From Octopus vulgaris (lineage: Eukaryota): 64,000 bases of DNA. Below, piece by piece: positions 43,144 through 57,200 of the stretch (the first letter of the stretch is position 1; the number at the start of each line of letters is the position of its first letter). The notes under the pieces were generated by a model, which was given only the letters and a program-made list of their open reading frames with translations, was not told the origin of the DNA and did no database searches. The DNA lies in contig OX597827.1 in the NCBI GenBank assembly GCA_951406725.2, positions 6,324,001-6,388,000 on the forward strand. The letters are read 5' to 3'. The translations under genes were made by a program, and so were the position numbers.

Positions 43144-43749
43144 CTACAAACACACACACATGCTATAACATTATGTGTTTGTGTGTATAAACAATGCAAT
43201 TTCTATTAAAATGCTTCCATTTATATTTCCATATTCTTCTTTATATTTTAAAACAAAATAAATAAAGATGAGATAATGCAGTTGATGCCTCACAAAACAA
43301 TATCATAAATACAAAAGACATTTCATAAACAAAAACAAAAACAAAAACAAAACACAAAAAAAGGAAACAATAAAATAAGTCATATTTGAAACTTAATTTT
43401 AAGATGGGTTCACTGAGGTTAAATATATAATTTAAGGAGAGGCATAGATTGGGAGAAACAACCCCTCAGAACAACTATTTTTAGTGGATTGTAATTATGC
43501 ACCCATTAACACTTAATATTTTCAATACACAAAACATTGTGCAAAAAAAAAAAATTAAAGTTAAAATATTTTTGGATTTTTCCATTACATATATATCTAT
43601 AAGTTTGCTTGTGTGTGTGTGTGTGTGTGTGTTTTTATGTGTGTGTTTATGTGTATGTTTATGTATGTGTGTGTGTCTGTGTGTGCATATAGATGTATGC
43701 ATGTATATATATACTTACGTATATACCCATGTGTACATATATGTATTCA

Positions 43750-43801
<52 letters not shown>

Positions 43802-44073
43802 TATATGTATATATATACATATACATATATATGTATACATACATACATATATGTACACGTGTACATACATGTATATGTATGCATGTGTGTACATACATAT
43901 ACATATACATACACACACACATATATATATACATGTATATATATGTACATAAAAATACATACATATATATATAAACATACGTATACATACACATATGTAT
44001 ATAAATAGATGCATACATATATGTGTGTGTTGTGTGTGTGTGTGCATGTGTGTGCTTGCGTGTGTGTTTGGAA

Positions 44074-44220
<147 letters not shown>

Positions 44221-44844
44221 TACATATATTTAAAACCAATTGCTTCCTTCTATTGCTACTCATACATCTCCATAAAAAAAATTAAAAAATCGAGAGGAGA
44301 ATGCTTTGATAAAAAAGCAGCTTGCCTATGGCCAAAACATATAAAAGCAGAGAAAAAATACTACCACTACTACCACTACTACTACTACTAATAATAATAA
44401 TAATCATTAAAATATAAAATAAATTCAATAAAATTCAAAGTAAGAAATGAATGAACGTAACATGGAGTACATGTATTTACTAAAGAAATTATGTTTAGTG
44501 AGAGATCTAAATGGGTTATTTAGAGTGCATTTTATTATCATTATGTCTTTATTCAGTTTTTTCCTTTTTATTTTTCATTTAAATGAAATTGGCCACAAAG
44601 CTTTATTAAGCAGTGCAGATGGTGACTATAACAAATCTATAACCGTTTCTTTTTTTCTTTTCTTTTTTCTTTTTTTTTGTTGTTGTTGTTGTTTAGAAAT
44701 GTGTGACTGCTTATACTTGTATTCAGACATGTCCATGTATGCTTACATGAATATCTATGTTTATTATTCAAATGTGTGTGCATTGTGCAAGTACATGTTC
44801 GTTTGTTTATGTACGTGTGCATCATGTGTATGTGTGTGTGTGTT

Positions 44845-44882
<38 letters not shown>

Positions 44883-44908
44883 CATATATATGTGTGTGTG
44901 AGTGTGTG

Positions 44909-44973
<65 letters not shown>

Positions 44974-45385
44974 ATAAACACACACTCATATACAGATGGA
45001 GTGAGAGAGAGAAAAGAGTGAAGGAAAGAGAGAGAGAAGGGGAGAGAGAAAGAGATGTATATATCACAACTATAGAGAAATTAAGTGCAACTGTTTGTTC
45101 AAGAAACGTAGTTGCTTGACAAAAGTGATATAAAAAGTTTCATAGATTCTATTAAACACACTCTGTCATTACTATATAGTGATATTTACTACATTATAAC
45201 ACTGAGTAAAAACTGTGCTCTCAGGCATTTTCACCTGGTTTATGTGAAATATACATACATGCATACATATATTATCCTATCCTTTGATATATATATACAT
45301 TATGACTTCGCTTAGCCATAGCGATATTAATACTAGTTGTTACATATGCTTTAAATTAAAGTGTTGGGTGAATACAAAACATTAA

Positions 45386-45613
45386 TTAACCCTTTTGATA
45401 CCAACCCGGCTGAAACTGCCTCTGGCTCTGTAGTACAAATGTTTTGTTTCCATAAGTTTTGAATTGAAATCTTCCACCAAACCTTAGTCACAATTAATGT
45501 TCCAAACACTAGCTTAATGATAACTGAATTAATTTACTAAATGCTTTGTTATATTTAAAATTAATTTAAAAAAACAGAGCATCTCAAAATAATTATGGTA
45601 ACAAATGGGTTAA
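45386..45613. mobile_element. TTAA-flanked piggyBac-type MITE; inverted copy at 50663-50891
   Basis: TTAA-CCCTTTTGATACC...GGTAACAAATGGG-TTAA. Confidence 0.85.
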
Positions 45614-45699
45614 TGAATGAAAGGAGAACAAGAATCAAATAATTAGCTTCATTTATTTACAACTGTTTCTGAATATATATATATACATGAGAGTGCAGA

Positions 45700-46130
45700 T
45701 GGCGGGAGAGGTATGCAATTATATACATCTGGAAGATCCTGGAAGGAATTGTGCCAAATTTTGGCATTGAAAGCTACACCAATGCCAGAACCAGTCGACA
45801 CTGCACAGTGCCAAAGATCCCAGCAACGCCATTGTGCTTCAGGACCAGTTACTGCAACAGCCTTGGTTTCAGGGACCCGCAGCTTTTTAATATTCTCCCA
45901 AAGAGCCTGAAAGACCTACACAAAGTGGATGTAGGTGCTTTCAAATCAAAACTGGACCTCTTCCTATTGAGGGTTCCAGGTGGCAAGAGGTGCAAATGAG
46001 AGTAGCAACATCAAACTCCATTCTTCACCAAGTGCCACATATTAGAGGAGGCTCTCAGTAATAACCATGTAGCAAAATGGCAGTGCCCCAGCATGGCCAC
46101 AGCTCTGAACTGAAACTACAAAAAGAAAAA
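45700..46130 (+). mobile_element. LINE ORF2 C-terminus and 3' tail (CR1 group)
   Basis: RHCTVPKIP..NSLGFRDPQLFNILPKSLKDLH.VDV.AFKSKLDLFL; tail GGCAGTGCCCCAGCATGGCCACAGCTC..CTGAAAC. Confidence 0.75.
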
Positions 46131-46170
46131 GAGAAGGAAATGACATGTTACTCCTCAGCGACAGAGTAAT

Positions 46171-46220
46171 GGGTCACTGATGAAGGTTAATTAAATTTAA
46201 CACCTGTGCTGATATGACTC
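46171..46220 (+). ncRNA. Degenerate hammerhead, monomer 1 of tandem repeat
   Basis: GGGTCA-CTGATGA-AGGTT aatta AATTT-AACA(for GAAA)-CCTGTGCTGA-TA-TGACTC. Confidence 0.5.
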
Positions 46221-46451
46221 CATCTTGCTTGTTGCAGGTAGGAAGCCTGTCTCCCTCATCAGTCATTAGAAAAGTGCTCTCTCATGGCTAAGAGTTGTTT
46301 TGACTCTTATTTCTAGCGATGCTGTTGCTTATTAGCATCCTCCATCACTTTAGTGACAACCATACTTGTTGCTTTTTGGTTTTACATTGTGAATAGCCAC
46401 CTTCATAATTTATAATTCTCACTTCACCGTTTTGGAAATCAGTCAATGGTA

Positions 46452-46833
46452 GGAAGCACTCCGTCGGTTATGACGACAAGGGTTCCGGTTGATCTGATCA
46501 ACGGAACAGCCTGCTCGTGAAATTAACATGTAAGTGGCTGAGCACTCCACAGACACGTGTACCCTTAACGTAGTTCTCGGGGATATTCAGCATGACACAG
46601 AGAGTGACAAGGCCGGCCCTTGAAATACAGGTACAACAGAAACAGGAAGTAAGAGTGAGAGAAAGTTGTGGTGAAAGAGTGCAGCAGGGATCACCACCAT
46701 CCCCTGCCGGAGCCTCGTGGAGCTTTAGGTGTTTTCGCTCAATAAACACTCACAATGCCCGGTCTGGCAATCGAAACCGCGATCCTACGACCGCGAGTCC
46801 GCTGCCCTAACCACTGGGCCATTGCACCTCCAC
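46452..46833 (-). mobile_element. tRNA-derived SINE (same head as 19421, different 3' half)
   Basis: 14-bp TSD ATCAGTCAATGGTA (46438-46451, 46834-46847). Decayed relatives at ~53063-53370, ~48590-48830, ~26430-26680, ~54570-54750. Confidence 0.88.
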
Positions 46834-46901
46834 ATCAGTCAATGGTACTCCCTATAAGAATGACAGGGTGAGTTAGGTTCTTTAACCCTCGATGATGAAT
46901 A

Positions 46902-46949
46902 GGTCAGTGATGAAGATTAATTAAATCTGAAATCAGTGCTGATATGACT
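46902..46949 (+). ncRNA. Hammerhead with C3G substitution, monomer 2 of tandem repeat
   Basis: GGTCA-GTGATGA-AGATT aatta AATCT-GAAA-TCAGTGCTGA-TA-TGACT. Stems I-III pair. Confidence 0.6.
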
Positions 46950-47946
46950 CCATCTCTCTTGTCATAGGGAGGAAGTGTGTCTCTCTTGTCAGTCATTAGA
47001 AAAGTGCTCTCACATGGCTAAGAGTTGCTTCAACTCTTATTTCTAGTAATGTTGGTGCTTACTAGCGCTCAGTTACTTTAGTGGTGACTATACTTGTTGC
47101 CTTTTGTTTCTAAATTGCAAATAGCCACCTTGATAGTGTATATATATTTCTTTACTGCCCACAAGGGGCTAAGCATAGAGGGGACAAACAAGGACAGACA
47201 AGGGGATTAAGTCGAATACATTGAACCCAGTGTGAAACTGGTACTTTATTTATTGACCCCGAAATTATGAAAGGCAAAGTCGACCTCGGCAGAATTTGAA
47301 CTCAGAACGTAACGACAGACGAAATACCGCTAAGAATTTTGCCTGGCGGTTTACGTTTCTGCCAGGTCGCCGCCTTTGAATAGTGTATATATATATATAT
47401 ATATATAAATACACATACACACATATGTATGTGTGTGTGTGTATATTTGTTGGTGTTGGAGGGCTATATTGATTTATGAATACTTTTCTAATTTAAGATG
47501 GCAATGGTGTGATTTTGTGATTTGCAGGAAATTTAGAAGGAACTATGACAAAGTCTTTCTTCACTGGCTTCAAGAAAATTCGTTGTTGTTAACCCCAAAT
47601 ATTAGACAGTCTTTATCTTGTCTATGAGATTAAATGACACTGTCCCTTACATTCTTTATCTAAAACAGTATAGTGTGATTTGATAGAAATTTAGCTGCTC
47701 TTTCCTGCAGATCAAATGAACATACGAAGAGTATTTGCTGAACAACACAGCAATAAATGAAATAGTACTTTCATCTATCAGACAATTTTTTTCTCTCTTG
47801 CTGTTAAACGTTGTATTTCATTCCTTCAGAGATGTGCTTAGTTTAAGAGACAGTGTAAAATATGAGTTACTTCTGTTTCACTACCTCAGAGAGGTGATTG
47901 GTATAATGGGCAGTGTGAGGCATGGAATACTTAACGAAGGTGTATG

Positions 47947-48155
47947 AAGGGGTGCTGAAAAGTTCCTGACTTTAATGGTATCACAAAAAGCCTGCGAGGA
48001 GGCCCAACCTTCTGAGTTCTTTTGCAGGGCTTAGAAAAACCGAAGGACTTCTGCAATAAGTGTGTAAATTTGAGAGGGGAATATGTTGAATAAAATCATA
48101 ATTAACTGATCCTCCTTTATTTTCTTTTACCCAAAGCCAAGAAATTTTCAGTGAT
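47947..48155. mobile_element. Mariner-type MITE; partial relative at ~31342-31475
   Basis: GGGGTGCTGAAAAGTTCCTG...AAGCCAAGAAATTTTCAG imperfect TIRs. Confidence 0.6.
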
Positions 48156-50229
48156 AGCATACCAGTGTCTGATATAGATATCTGCAACCAGGGATGTAAC
48201 TAGAATGTGTGCTACCTGGGATAGCCTATGAATTTTCTGTCCCCACCTCAGGTCCTCAAATCTATACACACTTGTATAACAGCCTAATTAGTGTCAGTTC
48301 CATAAAAGCATTGCCTGGGATGGAGAACCACTTCCTCTACCCCAGTTACATTATTGGCTGTTACCATGGGTTTCACAAACTCTTCAAAGTTGGTAAAATT
48401 GACCCCATTAATATTTCTCTTAAGCTATTGCTAAACAACAGCTGGAAAAAAAAATAAAAACACACTTGTAAAGAAAGAGCTCCAGAGGGATAAAGTTCTA
48501 AGGGAGAAGAATTTGGCATAGGGGTTAGAGCAGGACCCGGGAGAACACAATGTGAGTGATGAGAAAAGATAAGTTAAGTTAGCAAAGTTACCCTTTCAAG
48601 TCATACTGATTCATAAGGGCTGGTTTCCTAGTTTTATGGCACATATATTCCCTACCTGCACTGGACACCAGTCCTTGCAGGATTACTCATTTTTGCCAGC
48701 TGAGTTGACTGGAGCAATGTGAAATGAAGAGTTTTGCTCAAGTACTCAATGTGTTGCCTGGTCCAGGAATCAAAGCCATAACCTTACAATCACGAGTTCA
48801 ACACCCTACCCACAAAAACCACGTGCCTCCAGACAAGGGGATTAAGTCGATTACATCGACCCCAGTGCGAAACTGGTACTTTATTTATTGACCCCGAAAG
48901 GATGAAAGGCAAGTCGACCTCGGCAAAATTTGAACTCAGAACGTAACATACAGACGAAATACCGCTAAGCATTTTGCCTGGCGGCTTACATTTCTGCCAG
49001 CTCGCCGCCTTCGAATAGTGCATATATATATTTATAAATACACATACACACATATGTATGTGTGTGTGTGTGTATTTGTTGGTGTTGGAGGGCTATATTG
49101 ATTTTGATCAAATATCTACAAAAGCCAAGGACTGAGGACTCTATAGTATCACAAGGAAAGGCAGAATGAGAGACAGAATGTTTACAGGTCAGTTGTTGAT
49201 GCATGTATGTTGACCATCAACTTCGTGCCAATCAGTTGGGTGTTCTTTGGGGGTGGAGATGTGGTCTTGGATGTCTCTGTGTGTAATCACTGCACCAATC
49301 TGGATGGGAAAGTGGTACTCCAAATTAGGTTACAACTTGGATTTATGTAGAGGGTTGGTAGTTGTGGACTGAAGTATTTTCTGGCTCTCTGAAGAGGAAA
49401 GCCAGTTGTTATGATGCAGTTTTTGTTATGTTGAGTATATACATTTGTAGACAAATTTGTAGTTGTTGTTTATTTCAGTATCAGACCTGGCCAAGCAGAA
49501 ACAAACCTATGACCAAAGGACACAGCAATCATGCCCATCACATCTTCTTCGTTTTCAGACACAATGTATCTACCAAGATCACATCATATTACGTGTCCTT
49601 TTCTAAAATGTTGTAGGATGTTATTTGAGGGAGATCTGGTTTCTATTTTAAGTAGGTTAAGCAGCCTTCTAGGGGCTCCCTTATTGGCTCTGTAGTCAAT
49701 GTAGAAAAAAAGTTTGTCTTTTGTAGATGTTTGATCAAAATAATACCTCACTAAATTTATGTTAATTTGATTTCTTTTTCATTTCCGCCAAGGTTGACTC
49801 AATATTTTTGCCTGCACACCTGCTGTGGTCAAGTGGCCTTCAACCTTCTGGGGTTGGTAAAATAAAACACCAGAGAAGCACTGGGACTAATTTAGTATTC
49901 TTGTAAACCATCCTAGATGCAAATGGAATTACATATATTAATAACTAATATTAACTATGTTTTACATCCTTCTATAGTCGATTAAATAAAAAGACATCTC
50001 AAATTGATTAAATTGACCATATTTTCCCCTGAAATTTGTGTCCTTGTATCAATGTTAGAAATCAATATTTTGTTCATAAACACTTTTATCCAAACGAATC
50101 ATGAACCTGTTCATCGTATCTTATGCGTAAATACCAACATCTTTGTGACTGTATGTGTTGTATGTAAGCTTATATAAAATTATAAGAAATGTCACTACTT
50201 CAACATGGCTGTTCTGTATGAATTGATGT

Positions 50230-50520
50230 TACTACCATTTTTTTAACACCAAGAGAACGCCTTCTCTAGCTTGTTATTGATGCAATCTGCACCCAGTATA
50301 TATATTGCAAGTAGGGGAGCAAACCCCCACCATCTTCTAGCAAGCAGGTGTCCACCACTGAGGATGAGCAAAAATAGCTCAAAACCAACTGATCTGGTGG
50401 TTCTATCCAGTCGCTAGAAGGTGGTAGGGGTTCACTCCCCTGCTTGCAATATATATCAGGTGCAGATTGCATTGATAACCCGCTTGAGGAGGTGTCCTCT
50501 TGGGGTTTAGAAAATAGTAG
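50230..50520 (+). repeat. Long imperfect inverted repeat with a degenerate hammerhead at its apex (50352-50400)
   Basis: Arms of ~100-120 bp (e.g. ATGCAATCTGCACC / GGTGCAGATTGCAT). Centre reads CCACCA-CTGAGGA-T-GAGC..GCTC-AAAA-CCAACTGA-TC-TGGTGG. Confidence 0.7.
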
Positions 50521-53500
50521 GAATGTCGGTTCAAACGGAACAACTATGTTGAAATGGCAACAAAAATTACTTCTTTATATAAAATCTCTTTTCCACCAAT
50601 CATTAACATTGGTTTCAGATTTTGGCACAAGGCCAGCTATTTCAGGGAAGAAGCTAAGTTAATTAACCCTTTTGTTACTGTATTTATTTTGAGATGCTCT
50701 GTGTTTCTTTCAATTACTTTAAATATAATAAAGAATTTAGTAAAATAACTTAGTTATGATTCAGCTAGTTTTAGGAACATAAATTGTGATTAAGGTTTGG
50801 TGGAAGATTTTAATTCAAAATTTATGAAAACAAAACATTTGTACTAAAGAGCCAGAGGTGGTTTCAGCCGGGTTGGTATCGAAAGGGTTAAACTAACCCC
50901 AGTGCTTAACTGGTACTTATTTTATTGACCTCCTAAGGAGGAAAGGCGAAGTCTACCTGCCAGTATTTGAACCCAGAACACAAAGATGAACAAAATGCTG
51001 TTAATCATTTTTCCCAGCAGGCTAACAAGTCTGCTAAGACACCACCTTTAAAAAATGTGGCCAGTAAGTCACTGGAGAGGGTCAAACTCCATACCTCTTA
51101 AGCTCCAGTTAAGAGCTCTATTCCATTAAGCTAAGTGACCCATGACCACTAATTATTAATATCAAGTATGTTTATGAAGCTTTTGATGTGTGCCTGTTTT
51201 TATTTGCAGACTTTGTATGACACTTGACCCTTTTTTGATCATGTTTCTAATGAAATACATTAATCCATGGAACATTTTTTTTTTCAATATTCATGAGGTT
51301 GGAGAGATTTAGTAAAAAATTTTTACTATATTGATGGCATATAGGATGTACTTTTTTCAAATATCATTCCAGATTCTATAAGTGAATTTTGGACTCCTAT
51401 AAGCTGTAATGCATTAAAAACATTTTTGCCTGAATATATGCAGCTGAAAGTGATGTACACCTCATTTATACCATCAAATATAGTAGCTTTTGCATTACTA
51501 AACTCACATTACTACATAGAAAATTAATGGAATAGAATGTTTTAACTATTATGCAATATGAACACCCCACACTAATTACATACAGTACTGGTCTTCTGCA
51601 AAGACTCCCCCAAACCTCAGATCTCATGGCAGATAGACCACTTAAGAGAAGAACTTCTCAAATTCATGAGACACTGTATCATTACTCGCAACAACAACAA
51701 GTAGATCAACAGTATGAAGTGGATGATTGTGCTCCAGTTGGTAGGAGAGAAAGACCAAGGGTCTAGAGTGGGTTGAACAATGATGAAGAGGTTTAGACTG
51801 ATATTTAAATACTTTAAAACTTTGTATCACAGATAAAGGGTTAATATCAGATGACTTGCTATCAAAAGTATTAAAATTGCAAAGCTGTAGATATAATCAG
51901 TTAACTTTAGATAGTTGTCATCATCATCATCATTGTCACTATTTTAATGTCTACATTTCCATTCTTGTATGGGCCAGGAGAAACTTGTTGAATTAGATTT
52001 TTCTATGACCAGATGCTCTTCCTTTTGCCAACCTTTACCTGTACCCAACTAAAGCAATATCTCCCTTAATCTTTTGAAAACAAACAGCTCAATGATTGGA
52101 CATGTTTTTGTGGAAGATTGTAAGCAAATGATACTGTATGAAAGTGACCTTTGTTTGAAATTAGTGTATTAGTGTATTAGTCAGTCAAACCGTCCGACCC
52201 ATGCCAGCATGGAAAATGGACGTTAAACGATGATAATGATGATGATGATATATATGAAGGGCTTCCTTCAAGTTCTATATGCCAAATCCACTCACAAGGC
52301 TTTGGGTAGTTTGAAGCAGAAATAGAAGAAATTTTCTCAAGGTCTGACACGAAGGGATTGAACTTGAAATTATGAAGTTGACAAGTAAACTTCTCAGTCT
52401 CAGTCAAGTCTGCACACGAACGAACACAAATTTATTTCATAAAGAAATAAATATATATCAAAACACACACACACACACAGAATTATATATATAAATCTAA
52501 ATGTCACTAATTTCGCTTTTGTTAGCAAATTTTTAAGAAGTTGTCATTCAACCAATTACATTGCAAAAGATATGTGTGATTTTTAACTCCACTGAACTCC
52601 CTGAGGTCCACAGCTGGCTAAGTTATAAGTAAATCAGTTTACAGCAAAAGGGACAGTTATTCATCTTCTATTACTGTAGAGTAATTAGAGACAAGACACA
52701 GTGCTTTGGTGAAATATTGTTTGCTGCTGTATATTAGAGGGTGATATTTTGCAAATTGATCAGATTGCTTTTGGTCTTTTTAAAGCAATCTAAAATATTC
52801 GTGAGTCTGTGTGCATAGTAGGAGCTCTGACCCAGATATCTGAATACATTCGTGTCTTAAACAACTTTGGGATGCAGTTTTTGGTTGTCATTGATTTGTG
52901 AGGCAGAGGCTGGGAATTTCCAAAGGTTAAGGCTCCTTTGGTTGTAGGTTGTTCCACAAGTAAAGACAGTAAAATAAATTGATTGCTAACTTTGATAAGT
53001 AATAACTGATTGAGTACTAGATATGGGCAATGACTAGGCTTTCATATCTCTAAGGAAACATGTGGTGAAGGTGCATGGCTTAGTGGTTAGGGTATTTAGC
53101 ACATGATCGTAAAGTCATGAGTTCAATTCTCAGTGGTGTATTGTGTCTTTGAGTAAGATTCTTATTTCATATTGCTCCAGTCCAGTCACTGTAAAAATGA
53201 GTAGTACCTGTAATACCTTGTCACAGTCTCACTGAATCTCCCTAAGAACTACATTAAGGGTATGTGTGTCTGTGGAGTGCTCAGCCACTTGCATGTTAAT
53301 TTCCTGAGCAGGCTATTTCATGGATTAGATTAATTAGAACTGTCATTGTAGTAACCGACAGAGTGCCAGTGAAACATGTTTTTAAGATTTCTATTCATAA
53401 TTATTAGGTATAAAAATCCAAAGACCCAGTTTTCACAAGCACTAAATGTATATGAATGAACAGAACATGTCTTTAGATTTTTTCAAAAACCAAGTTTTGG

Positions 53501-53889
53501 AGAGTCAATAGAATGAAACTAATACACTTGCAATTCTTTTTACCAACACTTCAAGTTACAGTAGGGTGTGGAAGGGCAAACCCAGGAAAATATGATTTGG
53601 TAAAGTAAAATAATATGACTAGATACTTTAAAGCAATTATTTTAGTGCTGAAATGGTTATATCGGTTTAGTTCTATCAGTTGCCACACTTATCAGATTTC
53701 TGTTCTTTTTGATAAGAGTAACCCATAACCTTTCATCATCTTGAATTTACAAGCTGTTGACAATAGTCCAATTGATTAATCATTTAGACAGACAGACAGA
53801 GATACATACACATACACAAATATACACAAACATATATATGTATGTATATATATATATATATATGTATATGTATATGGATATGTATATGT

Positions 53890-53932
<43 letters not shown>

Positions 53933-53942
53933 CACATATATT

Positions 53943-53973
<31 letters not shown>

Positions 53974-54000
53974 GTATGTATGTATATATATATATATACA

Positions 54001-54033
<33 letters not shown>

Positions 54034-54034
54034 G

Positions 54035-54082
<48 letters not shown>

Positions 54083-54254
54083 AATATATATATCCATCTA
54101 TCTATCTGTCTGTCAATCTATTTATTTTTCTATCTATATGTGTGGTGTGTGTTGTGTGTGTATATCATGTATATGTGTGTATAGATTTATTATCTATGTA
54201 TGTGTGTATGTATGTATGTATGTATGTATGTATGTATGTATGTATGTATGTATG

Positions 54255-54285
<31 letters not shown>

Positions 54286-57200
54286 GTATGTATGTATGTA
54301 TGTATGTATGTATGTATATGTTGTATTAGATATTTGCTGTAGGGAATAAATCAGTAAGACACTACTGCCTAATATAATCATTTTGCTAAAGTTTATTTTA
54401 TTTTCTTCTTGCCTGTCACCACAATACATTTCATGGCTCCGTATTAATGGAGACAAAATTTAAAAAATTAACTCTTACTCGCTCTGTTGTTTCTCTTGCT
54501 AATGTTGACAGCAATTAAACTCATTAGACTGGAACTTATGCTAGCCATTTTCTGTAGATAAGCACAAGACTTTTCAGCCCTGAATTGGATGCCAGTCAGT
54601 TGCTGGTACTCATTTTCAGCTGAATGGATGAAAACAACATGAAATGAATTGTCTTCCTCTAAGGAACAAAATGCTGCCTAGTATGGGAATCAAGCTCGCA
54701 ATCTTATGTTTGTGAGCTCAACACTCTAACCACAGGGTCATGTACTTTCACTAGTAACAAATGCTAATATATTTTTTTATCTATTCTTATATGACTTGGT
54801 CAGAGAAGGTAAAAACTGTGCTTTTGACCCTTTTCGGAAACTCCAACACCAGTGGGAGGAAAGGAGAAAGTTATATTCAGACTGGAGACTTGGCCCAAAT
54901 GCTTCCAACAAAAGGGACCCTGCTAAATGCATCCATGGGCCAAGTAGTGGTCTTCATTTTAGTGGTTGATAAAATCTATTACCGTTTTTTACTGACTTTA
55001 CCAACATACTAAACTGTTAAATTATTGATTGAATGCTTGACTTTTCATATTCAATCATTAATATTTCATTATATCATTTTTGTATTTGGTCTGCCAGATT
55101 CTTGATGTGAACTCCTATGTTGAAACATATTTTTTAGTAAATTTGTAGGGTCATTATGCCAATTATAAACACATGCACTGGTTCTGTTTCACTTCTTTAT
55201 AATTTATTTGTCAATAAGATACCTATTTAACCAATTAACTAACAGAATGTTTGATTAATCATTTGGATAAATAGCAAACTAATTGACAAATGAATAATAA
55301 GAAAGTGCAATAGAACTTGTATATGCAACAAAATCCTTTATTATATTTTGAAAAAAAAAACTCTCTCAGTGAAGTGATGAAATCCAACTGCCCCATCCTG
55401 CTTATATTTACATGTAAACATGTAAATATGTACATGTATGAGTTACAATTCACTATTTTAGCCAATGGGAATACTTTAAAACTACAATGTACTTTCAGTG
55501 TCAGCACTGTGCCCAAATGGTCACACAAGCAATATCTTTGTCAGACTAGTATCGAAGAGTTGACCCTTTAGCATTTAAGCCAGCCATATCCAGCCAAAAT
55601 GTTCTACCTGTCTTGTGTTCAAATCAGCCACATCTGCCTACTCATACCTACCCTACAATGTCAACCTGAGAGTAAACAACCACATCATCAAAATCTCAGA
55701 TCTATGAGATAAGGTATGATTAATTGAAAGCAGTGTGAATAAATACGCATTATGATTGACAGAATTATCTGATTGCTAAAGTGTTAAATGTATCAATCTG
55801 TACCTGTTATATTGCAACTTCTTATACAAGCAATGGATAAAGAAAAGTAAAGTTGAGCAAATAAACCATGAGATATTGATTCTTTACCACAGAGAGCTTT
55901 TATGTGATCTTTTAACTAGCTAGAAATAGTGAACCAAATCACCCTTAAACCAAATCCCCCTTAAACCAAATCACTCTTCTTTAAAACGAATTAACAGTCA
56001 TGTTAAATGATAGAATCCCGGATGTCTTTAAAAATATGGAATAATCAGAATCGAACTATCTGGGGGTTAATTTAATATTCCTATAAAGCTAAGTTTGGCT
56101 TTGCTTTCCATCCTTCTGAGGTTGATAAAATGAAGTACTGAAACTCAATTAACATTACTAAACCTAAGCTAAATACTGATGTTGAGTACATATTCCTATG
56201 AAGATATTCTTGACTGAATGAAATTATCATAGAAAACTAAGGCAATGACTAACTTTGCTTTTTATCCTTTCTACATCAATAAAATAAAACGATTGTAGTG
56301 TTTTCCATCTTGTGGCCATGATTCTATCTCCAAAGAGTGAGAGCAGCCCTCACACTACATCAATTTTAGCTAAATCTCATGATGCTTTTTGCAGTCACTT
56401 GTTATTCTTACATACTTTTGCCTGTTATCTACTGATGGTGTTCCTAACAATATATCCATTTCTATTCAACTATTTGTGGAGAACATCAACTGCAATTTCT
56501 TACATCAAAACCACTTTGACCAGGGGTTAAGCAACCACTGAAATCTGGATATCTTTCAGCTAAAATATAACATTATTTATGTCTGTACTTTTAATGGAAA
56601 ACATATGAAGAATTGAAAGAGGCCAGATCTCAGAGTGTTTGTCCTCATAGATGAAATGATCATGATTACAAAGTGTTAGAAACGCCAATTTTTCATCTAT
56701 GACAGTTATCAGTTATTTACAATTTTGTAATGTATAAATGGCCAAAAAATTTTTATTACATGCAATCATCATTCACTTCTGTACAAAATAAACACATAGC
56801 TATTTGCAATAAACAGCATGAAATTCAGGCAATAACAAACACAATAGGCTCTTGTTCCCCAACAAAGTCCAGTTCTTGTCGAAGTGCTGTGACTTGTGTG
56901 TCTCAGTGACACTTAGAGCTATGCCAGTGACTCCTAGCTGGGCTTTCCTTGGGGGTAAGAATGGGTTTGGGTAGGGCCAACACTCCTACCTTGAAAATTG
57001 CAATGTTGCACAAGCATCAATGACATTTCAAAGCCAGCAAGGCTGAGGAGAGGAAGTCCTACATCCATAAATGAAATGGGAAGAACGGTCTTAGAGTTGA
57101 GAACAAAGGAGAAGTCAACGATGGATTATGCTCCATAGAGAGGGGAGGGTTTAAGTAAGTATACATTCTTGTTCTGTAAATTCCAGACAGTTATTATTAT

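Noticed and set aside
52680-52980. Possible extra protocadherin exon in the long intron
   Set aside because: No convincing splice sites or similarity to the tail exons.
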